A DNA stretch of 63,535 nt, counting the filler, from Octopus bimaculoides (Eukaryota), in NCBI RefSeq assembly GCF_001194135.2. It is 6 parts of 6 records of this genome, joined end to end, with 100 filler letters (N's around TTAATTAATTAA, not from the genome) between each part and the next. Parts side by side here need not be neighbours in the genome. Positions count along the whole stretch, not along the records: positions 44,864 to 51,934 come from NC_068982.1; positions 52,035 to 58,655 come from NW_026408961.1; positions 58,756 to 61,634 come from NC_068990.1; positions 61,735 to 63,535 come from NW_026389730.1; 2 more parts are not named here. The stretch is one strand, 5' to 3'. Positions 50,801-62,627 of the stretch are shown here, piece after piece. Under the pieces are notes generated by a model. That model was not told the origin of the DNA, made no database searches, and saw only the letters and a program-made list of their open reading frames with translations. The position numbers were made by a program, and so were the translations under genes. Positions within the stretch are counted from its first letter, which is position 1; the number at the start of each line of letters is the position of its first letter.

Positions 50801-51245
50801 TTTATAGTGTTAAACACTTTCGGTATGCAAATTGGGGACTCCTTCATAGAGTAACCGCTGCATTTGTTGAGTATATAAACAGTCTGCAGAGAAATGGATA
50901 AAATTTGCCCTGTTTATAATTATACCATATGTTATATATATATATATATATACCATATCTTGATACTGTGAGGAGTAAGATCCTTGTTGACAGGCCACTG
51001 GTATTTATAGAGTGTTAATCACTTTCGGTATGCAAATTAGGGACTCCTCCATGGAGTAACTGCTGCATTTGTTGAATATATAAACAGTTTGGTTGCCTGT
51101 TTTTCTGGAGACTGTCAGAATGATGTGGACGCTTCTGATGAGAACCCAATAAGGTTCGAAAATCGATTAAGGTTGTTCATAATTTTTTTTCAGTCTGCGG
51201 AGAAATGGCTAAAATCTGCCCTGTTTATAATTATACCATATGTTA
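50801..51245 (+). mobile_element. Tandem direct repeat of a probable PLE pLTR (50801-50934 and 51004-51245)
   Basis: Both copies share cactttcggtatgcaaatt...tataaacag and tctgc...tataccatatgtta. Copy 2 contains an extra 106 nt carrying a hammerhead. Confidence 0.7.
51131..51173 (+). ncRNA. Minimal type I hammerhead ribozyme motif with canonical core
   Basis: GCUU-CUGAUGA-GAACC CAAUAA GGUUC-GAAA-AUCGAUU-A-AGGU. Stem III is the 8-nt palindrome AAUCGAUU, the cleavage triplet is UUA, and stem I has 4 bp including two G-U pairs. Confidence 0.8.
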
Positions 51246-51584
51246 CATTATCCTGCTTCCAGCTTCAGTGTTGCTTCCAGGATTTGAAAAATAGGGCTCA
51301 CCCCACCCCTATTTTGTGATTTAGGGGGATTTTTGAAAAACAAAGGGAATTCGCGGGGCTTCAGTGAACAAATTAAATATACTACCCGGTAGTAACTAAA
51401 ATGCGAACCGATCAAGTTTATGTATATTAAGACAACGGCTAAAAATTTTCTGAAATAGTACCCCAACAAATTTTATCTACAAGCCGCCACTTACACTAAT
51501 ACAACAAAAGGCTCAAACCAAACCCTATATTAAAATAAACTGATGCAATACAATAATGGGAAGAGTTTGTTCTCTCCGCACCCA

Positions 51585-51934
51585 ACTGTTGTGTTGGCAC
51601 TCCGTCTGTTACGACGACGAGGGTTTCAGTTGATCCGATCAACGGAACAGCATGCTCGTGAAATTAACGTGCAAGTGGCTGAGCACTCCACAGACACGTG
51701 TACCCATAACGTAGTTCTCGGGAATATTCAGCGTGACACAGTGTGACAACGCTGGCCCTTTGAAATAAAGGTACAACAGAAACAGGAAGAAAGAGTGAGA
51801 GAAAGTTGTGCTGAAAGAGTACAGCAGGGTTCACCACCATCCCCTGCCGGAGCCTCGTGGAACTTTAGGTGTTTTCGCTCAATAAACACTCACAACGCCC
51901 GGTGTGGGAATCGAAACCGCGATCCTATGACTGC
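51585..51934 (-). mobile_element. SINE family C, head cut by a scaffold gap
   Basis: Reverse complement of the 61735-62070 copy, including gcgatcctatga and ttggcactccgtc. Confidence 0.9.
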
Positions 51935-54289
51935 NNNNNNNNNNNNNNNNNNNNNNNNNNNNNNNNNNNNNNNNNNNNTTAATTAATTAANNNNNNNNNN
52001 NNNNNNNNNNNNNNNNNNNNNNNNNNNNNNNNNNATATATCAACCAACAATAAATAATAAATGAATTTATATAAAAATACTTATGATATCAAGAAGTAAA
52101 AGTACTTATTTTACTAATAAATAAAAGGAAAATATTTAACGATATTATACTTATCGAAGCTTTAGTTTAAACTAAAATTAAACGTTATACTTTCCCTACT
52201 GCCTCAAAACATACACAGCTTTATACACAAATAGAGTGGATAGTGTTAGAGAGTTTATGTCTAGACTACAACACTGCATCTCATTCCACTAAACACTGCT
52301 TGTTATCTGATCCGTAGATGAATGACATATCTGGAACAATACACCAATGGATTGTCCTAATTGTTTTGCTCACTTCCTAACAATTATAGATTTGTTTGAT
52401 AAGAATTGACTTGCAGTTACCCATGAACAATAATGATAACCAGTTGTTCTTCATATCATTAGAACAATAGATCAGATAGCTGTCAAAAGCATGTCAGAAC
52501 TTACAGTTTACACACTGGAAGATACTTCAGTTGGTTTACAATCTGATATGGTTTATTACTTCATTATTTTGTTATTAGTTTATGATAAGATCATTTCATG
52601 AGACTCAAAGTAGCAATAAGAAAACTCTTCAGGGTACCTTTTTCTAAGAAATCCTGAAATCAGTAGGCTCTTCAGGAGTTCAATTTCTTTGTGACACCAC
52701 CAATGGTATAAAGTGATTGCAAAGTAAGAAAGACTGTTTTGGCCTTTGCAGTGCAGTACTTTAGTAACAGAAATCATAGTATTAAATACTTGCAAGAAGT
52801 AAATAAACAAAACAAATATATTTATGAATGGTAAGTGATCAATAATAAAGTAATACCAAGTCTTAATAAGATGTTATATTATGAAGGTGAAAGCAAGTGT
52901 CATCTTCATATGTCACTGTTTGACTGCTGACAACAAAATATAATAAAGAATTGCCATTAAATCATTTAAGAGATCCATTTAACATACTCAGCCAAAATTC
53001 TGTTACACTTATATCAAATTTTAAAGGAGCTTGGCATTTTATCAACAAGAAAGAATTTCTACAGGAATATAACCAATTAATAACTTTAACCAAAATAGTT
53101 TTGTATAATTGAATTTACACTACTGATGTTAATTTCAATTTGCACTGAAATTATTAAAGTTAAGCAGTATCAACCAAGACTTACTTTAAGTAGATAATTG
53201 TTTAGAATTTTGTTTAATAGCTAACAAATAATCATCACTACCATTTTTACATTACACTCTCAAATTTGTTTGGAAAAAAAAAAAAGGTTGAAGATAATAT
53301 CTCAAGGATTCTAATTCATAAGTTTTGAATCAAACTTAGAAAAAAATTATGCTAAAACTCAATCATGTTTGAAATCACTGTTGAGTAAGCATAAGATATT
53401 TAAGAAATCACATGATTCTCTTAAATAATTGGAATTTACTTAATGGGAAAGCATTTCAATAGAAAATATCATGGAAGAATTAACTAACAAGATGTGATTG
53501 TTCATCCCATTTCTATAAGAAATATGTTTTTATAAATCATTAAAGCAATACTTTTATTTATTAATACTTTATAGTGCTAACAAATGAAAAGAAATACTTT
53601 CAAATCAAAATTGTTTGGCAGATCATAATGGTGGTGAACAATTTAACAGGTTGGAATCATGATTCAAAGGTTGCTGGTTTATTTTTATTATACTTCTATG
53701 CTTTCAGCTTTATACTCAAGAACTGGCCAGGGCATTTGTAAAACACCTTTGTTACTTACTGTTTTTTTTTTGTATATTTTTGCATCATTTTCATTACATT
53801 CCCAACATATTTAAAAAGTTGTAATCTAATAATAAATTGGCATTACGAATTGGAAAGGACTCTATTCAAAATCATTATCACTCACATTTGAACATACTTC
53901 TTTCCATGTATTTTAAAATCATGAACATACTAAGCAATGGTTAAACTGATCTGTATTGTTGGCTTAAAATATAGAGTTGATATAATTCCATAAATAGTTC
54001 AAAAGTTGAAATATTGATACTGAGCCAACAAAGAAATCAAAATAATCTAATTAAGAGCTGGCAATTTAACATGACTAAGCTCTTAGTTGCCAATATATCA
54101 AATGACCTGGCATGTCATTAGACCTTCCATATACAATTAGGTTTTTGGATGATATCAAGAAGAGTCAATGCACCACCATCAACACTACTACTACTACCAT
54201 GACAATCACTGCTGCCACCGCCACCACCACCACCACCACCACCACCATCACCATTACCATCATCATCATCCATCATCATTATCATTAAG

Positions 54290-54388
54290 TGGAAGAAGAT
54301 TTGATTATTAGTACAAATAAATGTTTTGTTGCTGCTGTTTACTCTAATGAAGAAGATGTAACTGAAAATATCTTTAGTGGCATTGGAG
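54290..54388 (+). CDS. Candidate 99-nt symmetric (phase 1-1) coding exon
   Basis: cattaag|TGGAAG...ATTGGAG|gtaagt with a perfect donor. Reads (V)EEDLIISTNKCFVAAVYSNEEDVTENIFSGIG; no family recognised. Confidence 0.35.
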
Positions 54389-54614
54389 GTAAGTTTTTGT
54401 TTTAATGGCACCAAGTGCTTTTTTTATTATTTTGAATGGAACCAAATAATATTGGTAGTAAGTAAAGATTATTTTTTGAATACACTTCATGTTATTAGTG
54501 TTCACATCTCACTAAATGTTATATGAACATTAATAGTACTAGGTCAAAGATACACACACACACACACACACACACATACACACACACACACATACACACA
54601 CACAAAGATATATA

Positions 54615-54832
54615 CAAGGGGGTGCTGAAAAGCTCCTGGCTTTGTGTAAAAGAAAATACAGGAGGATCAGTTAATTATGATCTTATTCAACATATTCCCC
54701 TTTCTGATTGTCACAATTATTGCAGCAGTCTTTCAGCTTTTCTAAGCCTCATAAAAGAACTCGGAAGGTTGGGTCTCCAACCAGGCCTTTCGCGATACCC
54801 CCTAAAGCCAGGAACTTTTCAGCACCCCTTCA
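54615..54832. mobile_element. Mariner-derived MITE (about 218 bp)
   Basis: TA-CAAGGGGGTGCTGAAAAGCTCCTGGCTTT ... AAAGCCAGGAACTTTTCAGCACCCCT TIRs. Confidence 0.85.
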
Positions 54833-55299
54833 AATATACATACATACATACACAAATACACACATAATATATGTACGCACACATGCACACACAGCATACA
54901 TACATACATACATGCATACATACATCGCTGGCTCTTGAAATCTTTAGAGTTTGGAGAAGGGCTGAGCCATCAATTACAAATCATAAAGATATATCAACAT
55001 TTCATTTCATGTCACCAGATCAAAAGAAAAATCATGTCTTTATTGGCTTCAAACGTTTTTATCAGACCAGAGCAGACTTCTATGCATCTCTCTTTCAAAT
55101 CGGATGTCTGCTGCTGAAGAGCCCACTTTGTACATACTTTCTGATATCCAAAGTCTTCTACCATCCTCTGTGACCCCACACTCTAGTTGTGCAGCAAGCT
55201 CAGAGATTGTGACTCATGAATCAAAGGGCACCTTACACACACATCAGCCCCATTCTGCCTGCACCTCAGCTCCATCCTACCTGCACCTCATCATGGCTG

Positions 55300-55761
55300 A
55301 TGCTGGTGTCACATAACTAGCACCTGTGCTAGTGGCATGTAAAAAGCACCTTTTGAGTGTTGGGCCTCATGGAAGCAATATAGCCAGTGATGGTGTCACA
55401 TAACTGGCACCCGCGCTGGTGGCACATGAAAAGCACGTTTCAAGTGTTGGACCTCACGGAGGCAATGACAAATAACTGAGACATTTGGCAATATGCCATG
55501 CTTGAGAAGAAGACCCATCAAGTCAAATAAAATGTAGTCATGGCAGATACTAGTGTCAAGCAACTGGCACTTGTGCCAGTGACATGTAAAAGCACTCATT
55601 ACACTCTTAGAGTGGTTGGTGTTAGGAAGGGAATCCAACCATAGAAACCATGCCAAATCAGACTGGAGTCTGGTGCAACCTTTCAGCTTACCAGCCCTGG
55701 TCAAACTGTCCAACCCATGCCAGCATGAACAACGGACATTAAATGATGATGATGATGATGA
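55300..55761 (+). mobile_element. RTE-tailed element (LINE 3' UTR or SINE) ending in (GAT)n
   Basis: The 3' end ttaggaagggaatccaacc...cccatgccagcatg...attaaatgatgatgat is homologous to the 3' UTR of the RTE at 62622-62790. Three internal units begin t(g/a)gtgtca. Confidence 0.8.
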
Positions 55762-55825
55762 TATATAAAACAAAATAAACCATGAGAAATTATAAGATAT
55801 TTATTTATGCCATTGTATGTGTGTG

Positions 55826-56057
55826 TTATTTCTTTACTATTCACAAGGGGCTACACACAGAGAGGACAAACAAGTACAGACAAACAGATTAAGTCGATTA
55901 TATCGACCCCAGTGCGTAACTGGTACTTATTTAATCGACCCCGAAAGGATGACAGGCAAAGTCGACCTCAGCAGAATTTGAACTCAGAACGTAGCGGCAG
56001 ACGAAATACCACTAAGCATTTTGCCCGGCGTGCTAACGTTTCTGCCAGCTCGCCGCC
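55826..56057 (-). mobile_element. SINE family A, full length (tail variant i)
   Basis: Reverse complement matches 56518-56747 over about 230 bp. Confidence 0.95.
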
Positions 56058-56139
56058 GGTATTGTATGTGTGTGTGTGTGTTGTATGGAAAGATCCATGA
56101 AAGGAGTGTTATTGTTAGAGCAAAACCAAAATGAAGTAA

Positions 56140-56335
56140 ATCAAGAATAGAGCAATGTGAATGATGTGATAGTGGAATACTGGAAGCAGAAATACAAATG
56201 GGCAGGACACACTGCAAGGTTCACAGAGAACAGGTGAACCTATGGAGTTGTTTAGTGGGATTCAAGAATTTGGAAGGCTTCTATGACAATGGGAAGATGA
56301 TTTAGTTAAACAATTTGGACCAAGATGGAAAACCA
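56140..56335 (+). mobile_element. RTE-clade LINE 3' fragment (second family)
   Basis: SNVNDVIVEYWKQKYKWAGHTARFTENR*TYGVV*W...QWEDDLVKQFGPRWK. Confidence 0.8.
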
Positions 56336-56370
56336 GAGTGCAATCAAGAAATAATATTGATTGGTAGACA

Positions 56371-56434
<64 letters not shown>

Positions 56435-56517
56435 NNNNNNNNNNNNNNNNNNNNNNNNNNNNNNNNNNNNNNNNNNNNNNNNNNNNNNNNNNNACACACA
56501 CAAACACACAAACACAC

Positions 56518-56742
56518 GCGGCGAGCTGGCAGAAACGTTAGCACGCCGGGCGAAATGCTTAGCGGTATTTCGTCCGGCGTTACGTTCTGAGTTCAAATTC
56601 CGCCGAGGTCGACTTTGCCTTTCATCCTTTCAGGGTCGATTAAATAAATACCAATTACGCACTGGGGTCGATATAATCGACTTAATCCGTTTGTCTGTCT
56701 TTGTTTGTCCCCTCTGTGTGTAGCCCCTTGTGGGTAGTAAAG

Positions 56743-56747
<5 letters not shown>
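56518..56747 (+). mobile_element. SINE family A, full-length young copy (tail variant i)
   Basis: gcggcgagctggcagaaacgttagcacgccgggcgaaatgc...gagttcaaattccgccgagg...gtgggtagtaaagaaata. Confidence 0.95.
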
Positions 56748-56796
<49 letters not shown>

Positions 56797-56834
56797 TACA
56801 CAAACATGCACACATATATAGACATGAGACATAA

Positions 56835-57270
56835 TGTAGTGGTCAGAACAGTCTGGAACAGGATAACCAAAGAGAAAACACCTACAGATGATATTGACCA
56901 CATTGAGGTTGATGGGTCAAAAGAATATTGGTGGAACTTAAATAAACTAGCCACCAAGTTACAACACCACTGACCAGATATTGTTGGGTGAGACCACAAA
57001 GAAGAGATATATTTTGTTGCAGAAATCAGCTGCCTACTGGACACCAATGTGGTTAGAAAAATACAAGAGAAAGAGGACCTCTACAGACCATTGATAAAGA
57101 CCCAAGATACACTTTCAGCTTCATACCTATTATTACTGAAGCAACAAGTTATGTAGGAACTTGTCTGGAGTAATGTATGGCTGAACTTGGGTTCTTGGGG
57201 GAGAAAATGCTACAAAAGGTCATGATATCCAGGACTTTAAAATCTGCAAGACCTTCAGATTTAAAGAAGG
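56835..57270 (+). mobile_element. Second RLE-type (R4/NeSL-like) non-LTR retrotransposon 3' fragment
   Basis: WWNLNKLATKLQHH*PDIVG*DHKEEIYFVAEISCLLDTNVVRKIQEKEDLYRPLI...YTFSFIPIITEATSYV. Confidence 0.75.
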
Positions 57271-57515
57271 ATAAACAAAACTAGAAGCTTTCCTTCATAA
57301 CCTTCCTACCAAGTAGACAGCCAGTCAAAATTTATTCTAAATTAAAAAGGAAAAGAGAACAAACATACATACGTACGTACATACATACATACATACATAC
57401 ATAGATAGATACATACATACATACATACATACATAATCTGAATTTTGGATATATGAAATGTTATCTTGTGAAAACCATCAGTAATTTAATATAGTTAAGT
57501 TATATTTGTGTGTAT

Positions 57516-57573
<58 letters not shown>

Positions 57574-59856
57574 TTATATATATATGGATAAGGATAAATA
57601 TGGCCAGTCTATGGGGATTATTCTGGGTATCACGTCCATAAAGCACTTGACTTCACATTGTTTCTTCAGACACTAAAATCCATTGGCCTGTGGCCTCTCT
57701 GGTATGTATGTATGTATGCATGCATGCATGCATGCATGCATGCATGCATGCATGTATGTATGTATGTATGTATGTATGTATGTATGTATGTATGTATGTG
57801 TGCATGCATGCATGTATTTGTGTATATGTATGTAAACAAAAGCACTACTAGGATTTTTCAGGATGTCTTAAAAATGAAATAGGATATAATCATAAGGAAA
57901 AAAGAAAAAAGACATTTGTTTTAAGCACAATACTATGAATGATATTATCATGTTTATTTAATATAAATGATATCAAGTTAGAAAATACAAATTAATGACC
58001 ATGATTCTCTTATAATATAAACAATAGAATCATTTTGTATCAAATTCAAGACAACATCAATTACTTCAGTAAAACCAGTTCATCTGCTGAAAAATGGGCA
58101 TATTCTAATAACAAAGTATAAGACAATAGTAAGAGAAACATTCATTTCAGTAATATGATTGCCAAAACAAAAGACACAGACAGCTCTGGTTTCATATAAA
58201 TTTGCCATTGCAAAGAACCATATTTTCTAGCCAGTATGAGGTCATTGAATCTACTAAAGGTAGCAGCCAAATTTCTTTCATATTGTACCCAACTAGCTTA
58301 AAAATGTAAGGACACACTGGATAATACAGTCCTGAGATGCTAAACTATAGGGATGTTCATGGTCTAAAGAGCTTTTATCATAGACCAACAACAACCACTT
58401 CCTTTTGTCAGTTTATCTGTGTACAAAATCACTAGATGATTAAATTAGACTTTTGTCTGATTTTCATATGTCTAATTGAGAGTCTGATTTTACTTTATTT
58501 AGGAAGGTAAAAAAAGAGAAGCTGAATCTTGCAAAAGTAATATTGATTAATGGGCCAAGTCTGCTGTACTTAAGTACATATGACATAAAGCTAATCTTAT
58601 TCAATGGCTCTAATTAGCAGTACCCTCAAGTACATCTATGATACAAAGTAGTCATNNNNNNNNNNNNNNNNNNNNNNNNNNNNNNNNNNNNNNNNNNNNT
58701 TAATTAATTAANNNNNNNNNNNNNNNNNNNNNNNNNNNNNNNNNNNNNNNNNNNNATATATATATATATATACATATATACAGACAATTACTGGAGAGTA
58801 ATATTGGAAAATATTAAGTACAAAAAGTTCAACAAGTGGAATAATTATTGTATGCCACGAGGAAGAATAGTAGACTTACGATCTGGGCGGAGCTACCATG
58901 CCCAAAATGGCTGACTTCATCCCATCCCTACGGCAAACTTGCGTTTTCCACTAATTCAACTTTTTGGCCATCTATACACGCGAGTGCGCACATGCATCTG
59001 CAAGTATGCACACAAACACAGACACACACACACGTACACACACAAACATACATACATACATATATATATATATACAGACATACATGTAAATATAAAGTAA
59101 ATATATATATATATATATAAATTTATGAAACTATATATGTATATATATATNNNNNNNNNNNNNNNNNNNNNNNNNNNNNNNNNNNNNNNNNNNNNNNNNN
59201 NNNNNNNNNNNNNNNNNNNNNNNNNNNNNNNNNNNNNNNNNNNNNNNNNNNNNNNNNNNNNNNNNNNNNNNNNNNNNNNNNNNNNNNNNNNNNNNNNNNN
59301 NNNNNNNNNNNNNNNNNNNNNNNNNNNNNNNNNNNNNNNNNNNNNNNNNNNNNNNNNNNNNNNNNNNNNNNNNNNNNNNNNNNNNNNNNNNNNNNNNNNN
59401 NNNNNNNNNNNNNNNNNNNNNNNNNNNNNNNNNNNNNNNNNNNNNNNNNNNNNNNNNNNNNNNNNNNNNNNNNNNNNNNNNNNNNNNNNNNNNNNNNNNN
59501 NNNNNNNNNNNNNNNNNNNNNNNNNNNNNNNNNNNNNNNNNNNNNNNNNNNNNNNNNNNNNNNNNNNNNNNNNNNNNNNNNNNNNNNNNNNNNNNNNNNN
59601 NNNNNNNNNNNNNNNNNNNNNNNNNNNNNNNNNNNNNNNNNNNNNNNNNNNNNNNNNNNNNNNNNNNNNNNNNNNNNNNNNNNNNNNNNNNNNNNNNNNN
59701 NNNNNNNNNNNNNNNNNNNNNNNNNNNNNNNNNNNNNNNNNNNNNNNNNNNNNNNNNNNNNNNNNNNNNNNNNNNNNNNNNNNNNNNNNNNNNNNNNNNN
59801 NNNNNNNNNNNNNNNNNNNNNNNNNNNNNNNNNNNNNNNNNNNNNNNNNNNNNNNN

Positions 59857-59896
<40 letters not shown>

Positions 59897-60642
59897 ATAT
59901 ACATATGCATACATATATACATATATATATATACATACAGAAATATATATGTATGTATGTATGTATGTATGTGTGTATGTATGCACACGCATACGTATTG
60001 GGTAACAATAGTTGTTGATAGCAATAGCCGCTTTATTTCATTATGCAGTATATGTAACAAGATGTCGATAATTCATTCTAATGAACGGCTTTTTTTTTTT
60101 TTGATAACATTATCCGTGAACGTAATATATAATTTTCTCTCCAAATATACGTTTTCATACGCAAATTCTCCAATCCCGCCAGCCATACCAGCGATCTCAA
60201 CGCACAAGTATCGTAACACTCCCAGAACCAGTTCGTTTCTACTACCACCACTATCTCAACTACCATCCTCTAACATCATCGCACAAGTGTCTCCGTAGCT
60301 TGCAGGCTTTTCTTTTAAACTTAACTTGTCTTTCTTCATAGGCAATACATTTACAAAATGTCTGTACAGTGATGTACTAGAAAGTTTCCATAATAATATT
60401 CGGGGCTTTACTCTGCTAAACGGCAAATCATTAATAAACTTTTAATTAATGTCCGTCAGAAACTAATTTTTGATATTGGCAGTTAGACACATTTATTCGT
60501 GATCATAAACACGTTTCCAAAGTACCTGTCGTTTATCTGTGTATCTATTACTTTATAAATAAACATATACTTGTATATTTTGTTGTGTTTGTGCAGAGTC
60601 ATTACGCAAGCGATAATAACACACGCACAGGTTCAATTCCAC

Positions 60643-60871
60643 TTCTTTATTGTTAGTCAATTGGTTAAATATCTAATCAACTACCTAATCGATCACTGGT
60701 TAAAAAGTCAATCGGTTATTAGTAAGAGATTTTGTTTGTTAAAGTTCTGTCTTTGCAACATTTCCAGCAATTCGGTGACTACTGTTCTCATTCCAACGTT
60801 TACTTTGTACCTGTTAAGCAAACGATGAATTTATTGGATAGGTATTTAACCAATTGACTAATAATAAAGAA
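60643..60871. mobile_element. MITE-like element with 33-bp TIRs
   Basis: ttctttattgttagtcaattggttaaatatcta (60643-60675) pairs with 60839-60871 with 2 mismatches. Confidence 0.65.
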
Positions 60872-60891
60872 ATTGAAATGCATTACTGGCG

Positions 60892-61030
60892 TAATTCCGC
60901 CGAGGTCGACTTCGCCTTACATCCTTTCAAAGTCGATAGATTAAGCACCAGTTGCGTACTGGTTTCGATTTAATGGACTGGACCCAAACCACCTAATTTC
61001 AGGCCTTGTGCCTATAATAGAAAGGATTAT
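60892..61030 (+). mobile_element. SINE family A, 5'-truncated
   Basis: aattccgccgaggtcgacttcgcc...ggccttgtgcctataatagaaaggattatt. Confidence 0.85.
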
Positions 61031-61734
61031 TATAGGCGTAATGACTCTCCCAAGACGAAACAAAATTTGTTTCAATACACAAATTCAAATAATCTTACAA
61101 AGTAGATACAAAATCGAAATATAGCCATATAACGTACATCACATATATATTTTATATTTCTAATTTATAGAATCTTACTTATACAAACAAATTATATGTG
61201 TGTGGAATGTGTGCGTACAAATACACACACACACACACAAACATACATATATACTTACATATATGTACACACACAAAAACACACAGACACTCACACATAC
61301 ATCTTTAATGCAGATACTCAAAGTCAGAGTCATTGTCTTCCACGTATTTCTAAGCATGCTGATTATCTCCAAATGTAGTTAACTGAACTCAGTATGAGTC
61401 GTTGATGAAATGTGACAAAATCGAAATATACCCATTATTTTCTATATTCGGCTCTAAAATCACTATCCTTTTAAACAGCATTGCCTTGAGTTTAAAATTA
61501 ACATTGGATTGGTTTGGAAATATCTACCTTGCATGCTGTTTTTAGATTTTACAGTTTTCCAGAGATAGTTTTGCCTTTTAATTGCAAAGATAACCTCGGT
61601 TGCTCGTCACTTTCTAAAAGTTAATATTTCGAACNNNNNNNNNNNNNNNNNNNNNNNNNNNNNNNNNNNNNNNNNNNNTTAATTAATTAANNNNNNNNNN
61701 NNNNNNNNNNNNNNNNNNNNNNNNNNNNNNNNNN

Positions 61735-62070
61735 GCAGACTCGCGGTCATAGGATCGTGGTTTCGATTCCCAGACCAGGCGTTGTGAGTGTTTATTGAGC
61801 AAAAACACCTAAAGCTCCACAGCAGGGAATGGTGGCGAACCCTGCTGTACTCTTTCACCACAACTTTCTCTCACTCTTACTTGTTGTGCCTGTAATTCAA
61901 AGGGTCAGCCTTGTCACACTGTGTCACGCTGAATATCCCCGAGAACTACATTAAGGGTACACGTGTCTGTGGAGTGCTCAGCCACTTGCACGTTAATTTC
62001 ACAAGCAGGCTGTTCCGTTGATCGGATCAACTGGAACCCTCGACGTCGTAAGCGACGGAGTGCCAACAAC
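61735..62070 (+). mobile_element. SINE family C, head cut by a scaffold gap
   Basis: gactcgcggtcataggatcgtggtttcgattccc (tRNA-like anticodon arm and B box) through gtgccaacaac. Confidence 0.9.
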
Positions 62071-62581
62071 ATATATTATGATATATATACATAATTAATT
62101 AGTCTATTGACTAATTTTTCTACATGCTAGGCCACTTGTAGTAAAAAATTTCTAAAATTTTTATCACCTTGATATTATTAATTATTGATAATTTTTTCTG
62201 GAAAATTTTCGAAGTAACACTGGCATTATTTCATTTGCTGCCGACAAAAAACTGCACTTGCGCGGTGGTTTTGAAAAATTATAATATATAAGCACGGGGC
62301 ACATGCTGGATTGCTTCATACTTATGTTTAATCTAGGCATACCTGTTGATGAAGACTTCGCCGAGCAAATTATTTTATTTGCTAAACAAAAGTCAGAAAC
62401 CATGGTCCAGGCGATAGATGGCGAATGTTTTTATTTTTCATTCCCTTCGAAGTTTATCCCTAATAGTGGTTTCGATTTTGGTCATTCCTTCTAGCGTGCC
62501 AGGAATCCTATGACGGATAACTCTTATGTGTTTAAATGTACACTGTATTTATATATATATATATATGCACACACATCTGAA

Positions 62582-62621
<40 letters not shown>

Positions 62622-62627
<6 letters not shown>

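Noticed and set aside
44864-62070. Three SINE-C copies each truncated at a linker gap
   Set aside because: Best explained by contigs breaking in a young high-copy repeat, not by biological truncation.
62303-62494. ORF MLDCFILMFNLGIPVDEDFAEQIILFAKQ
   Set aside because: No recognisable family and no consensus donor site.
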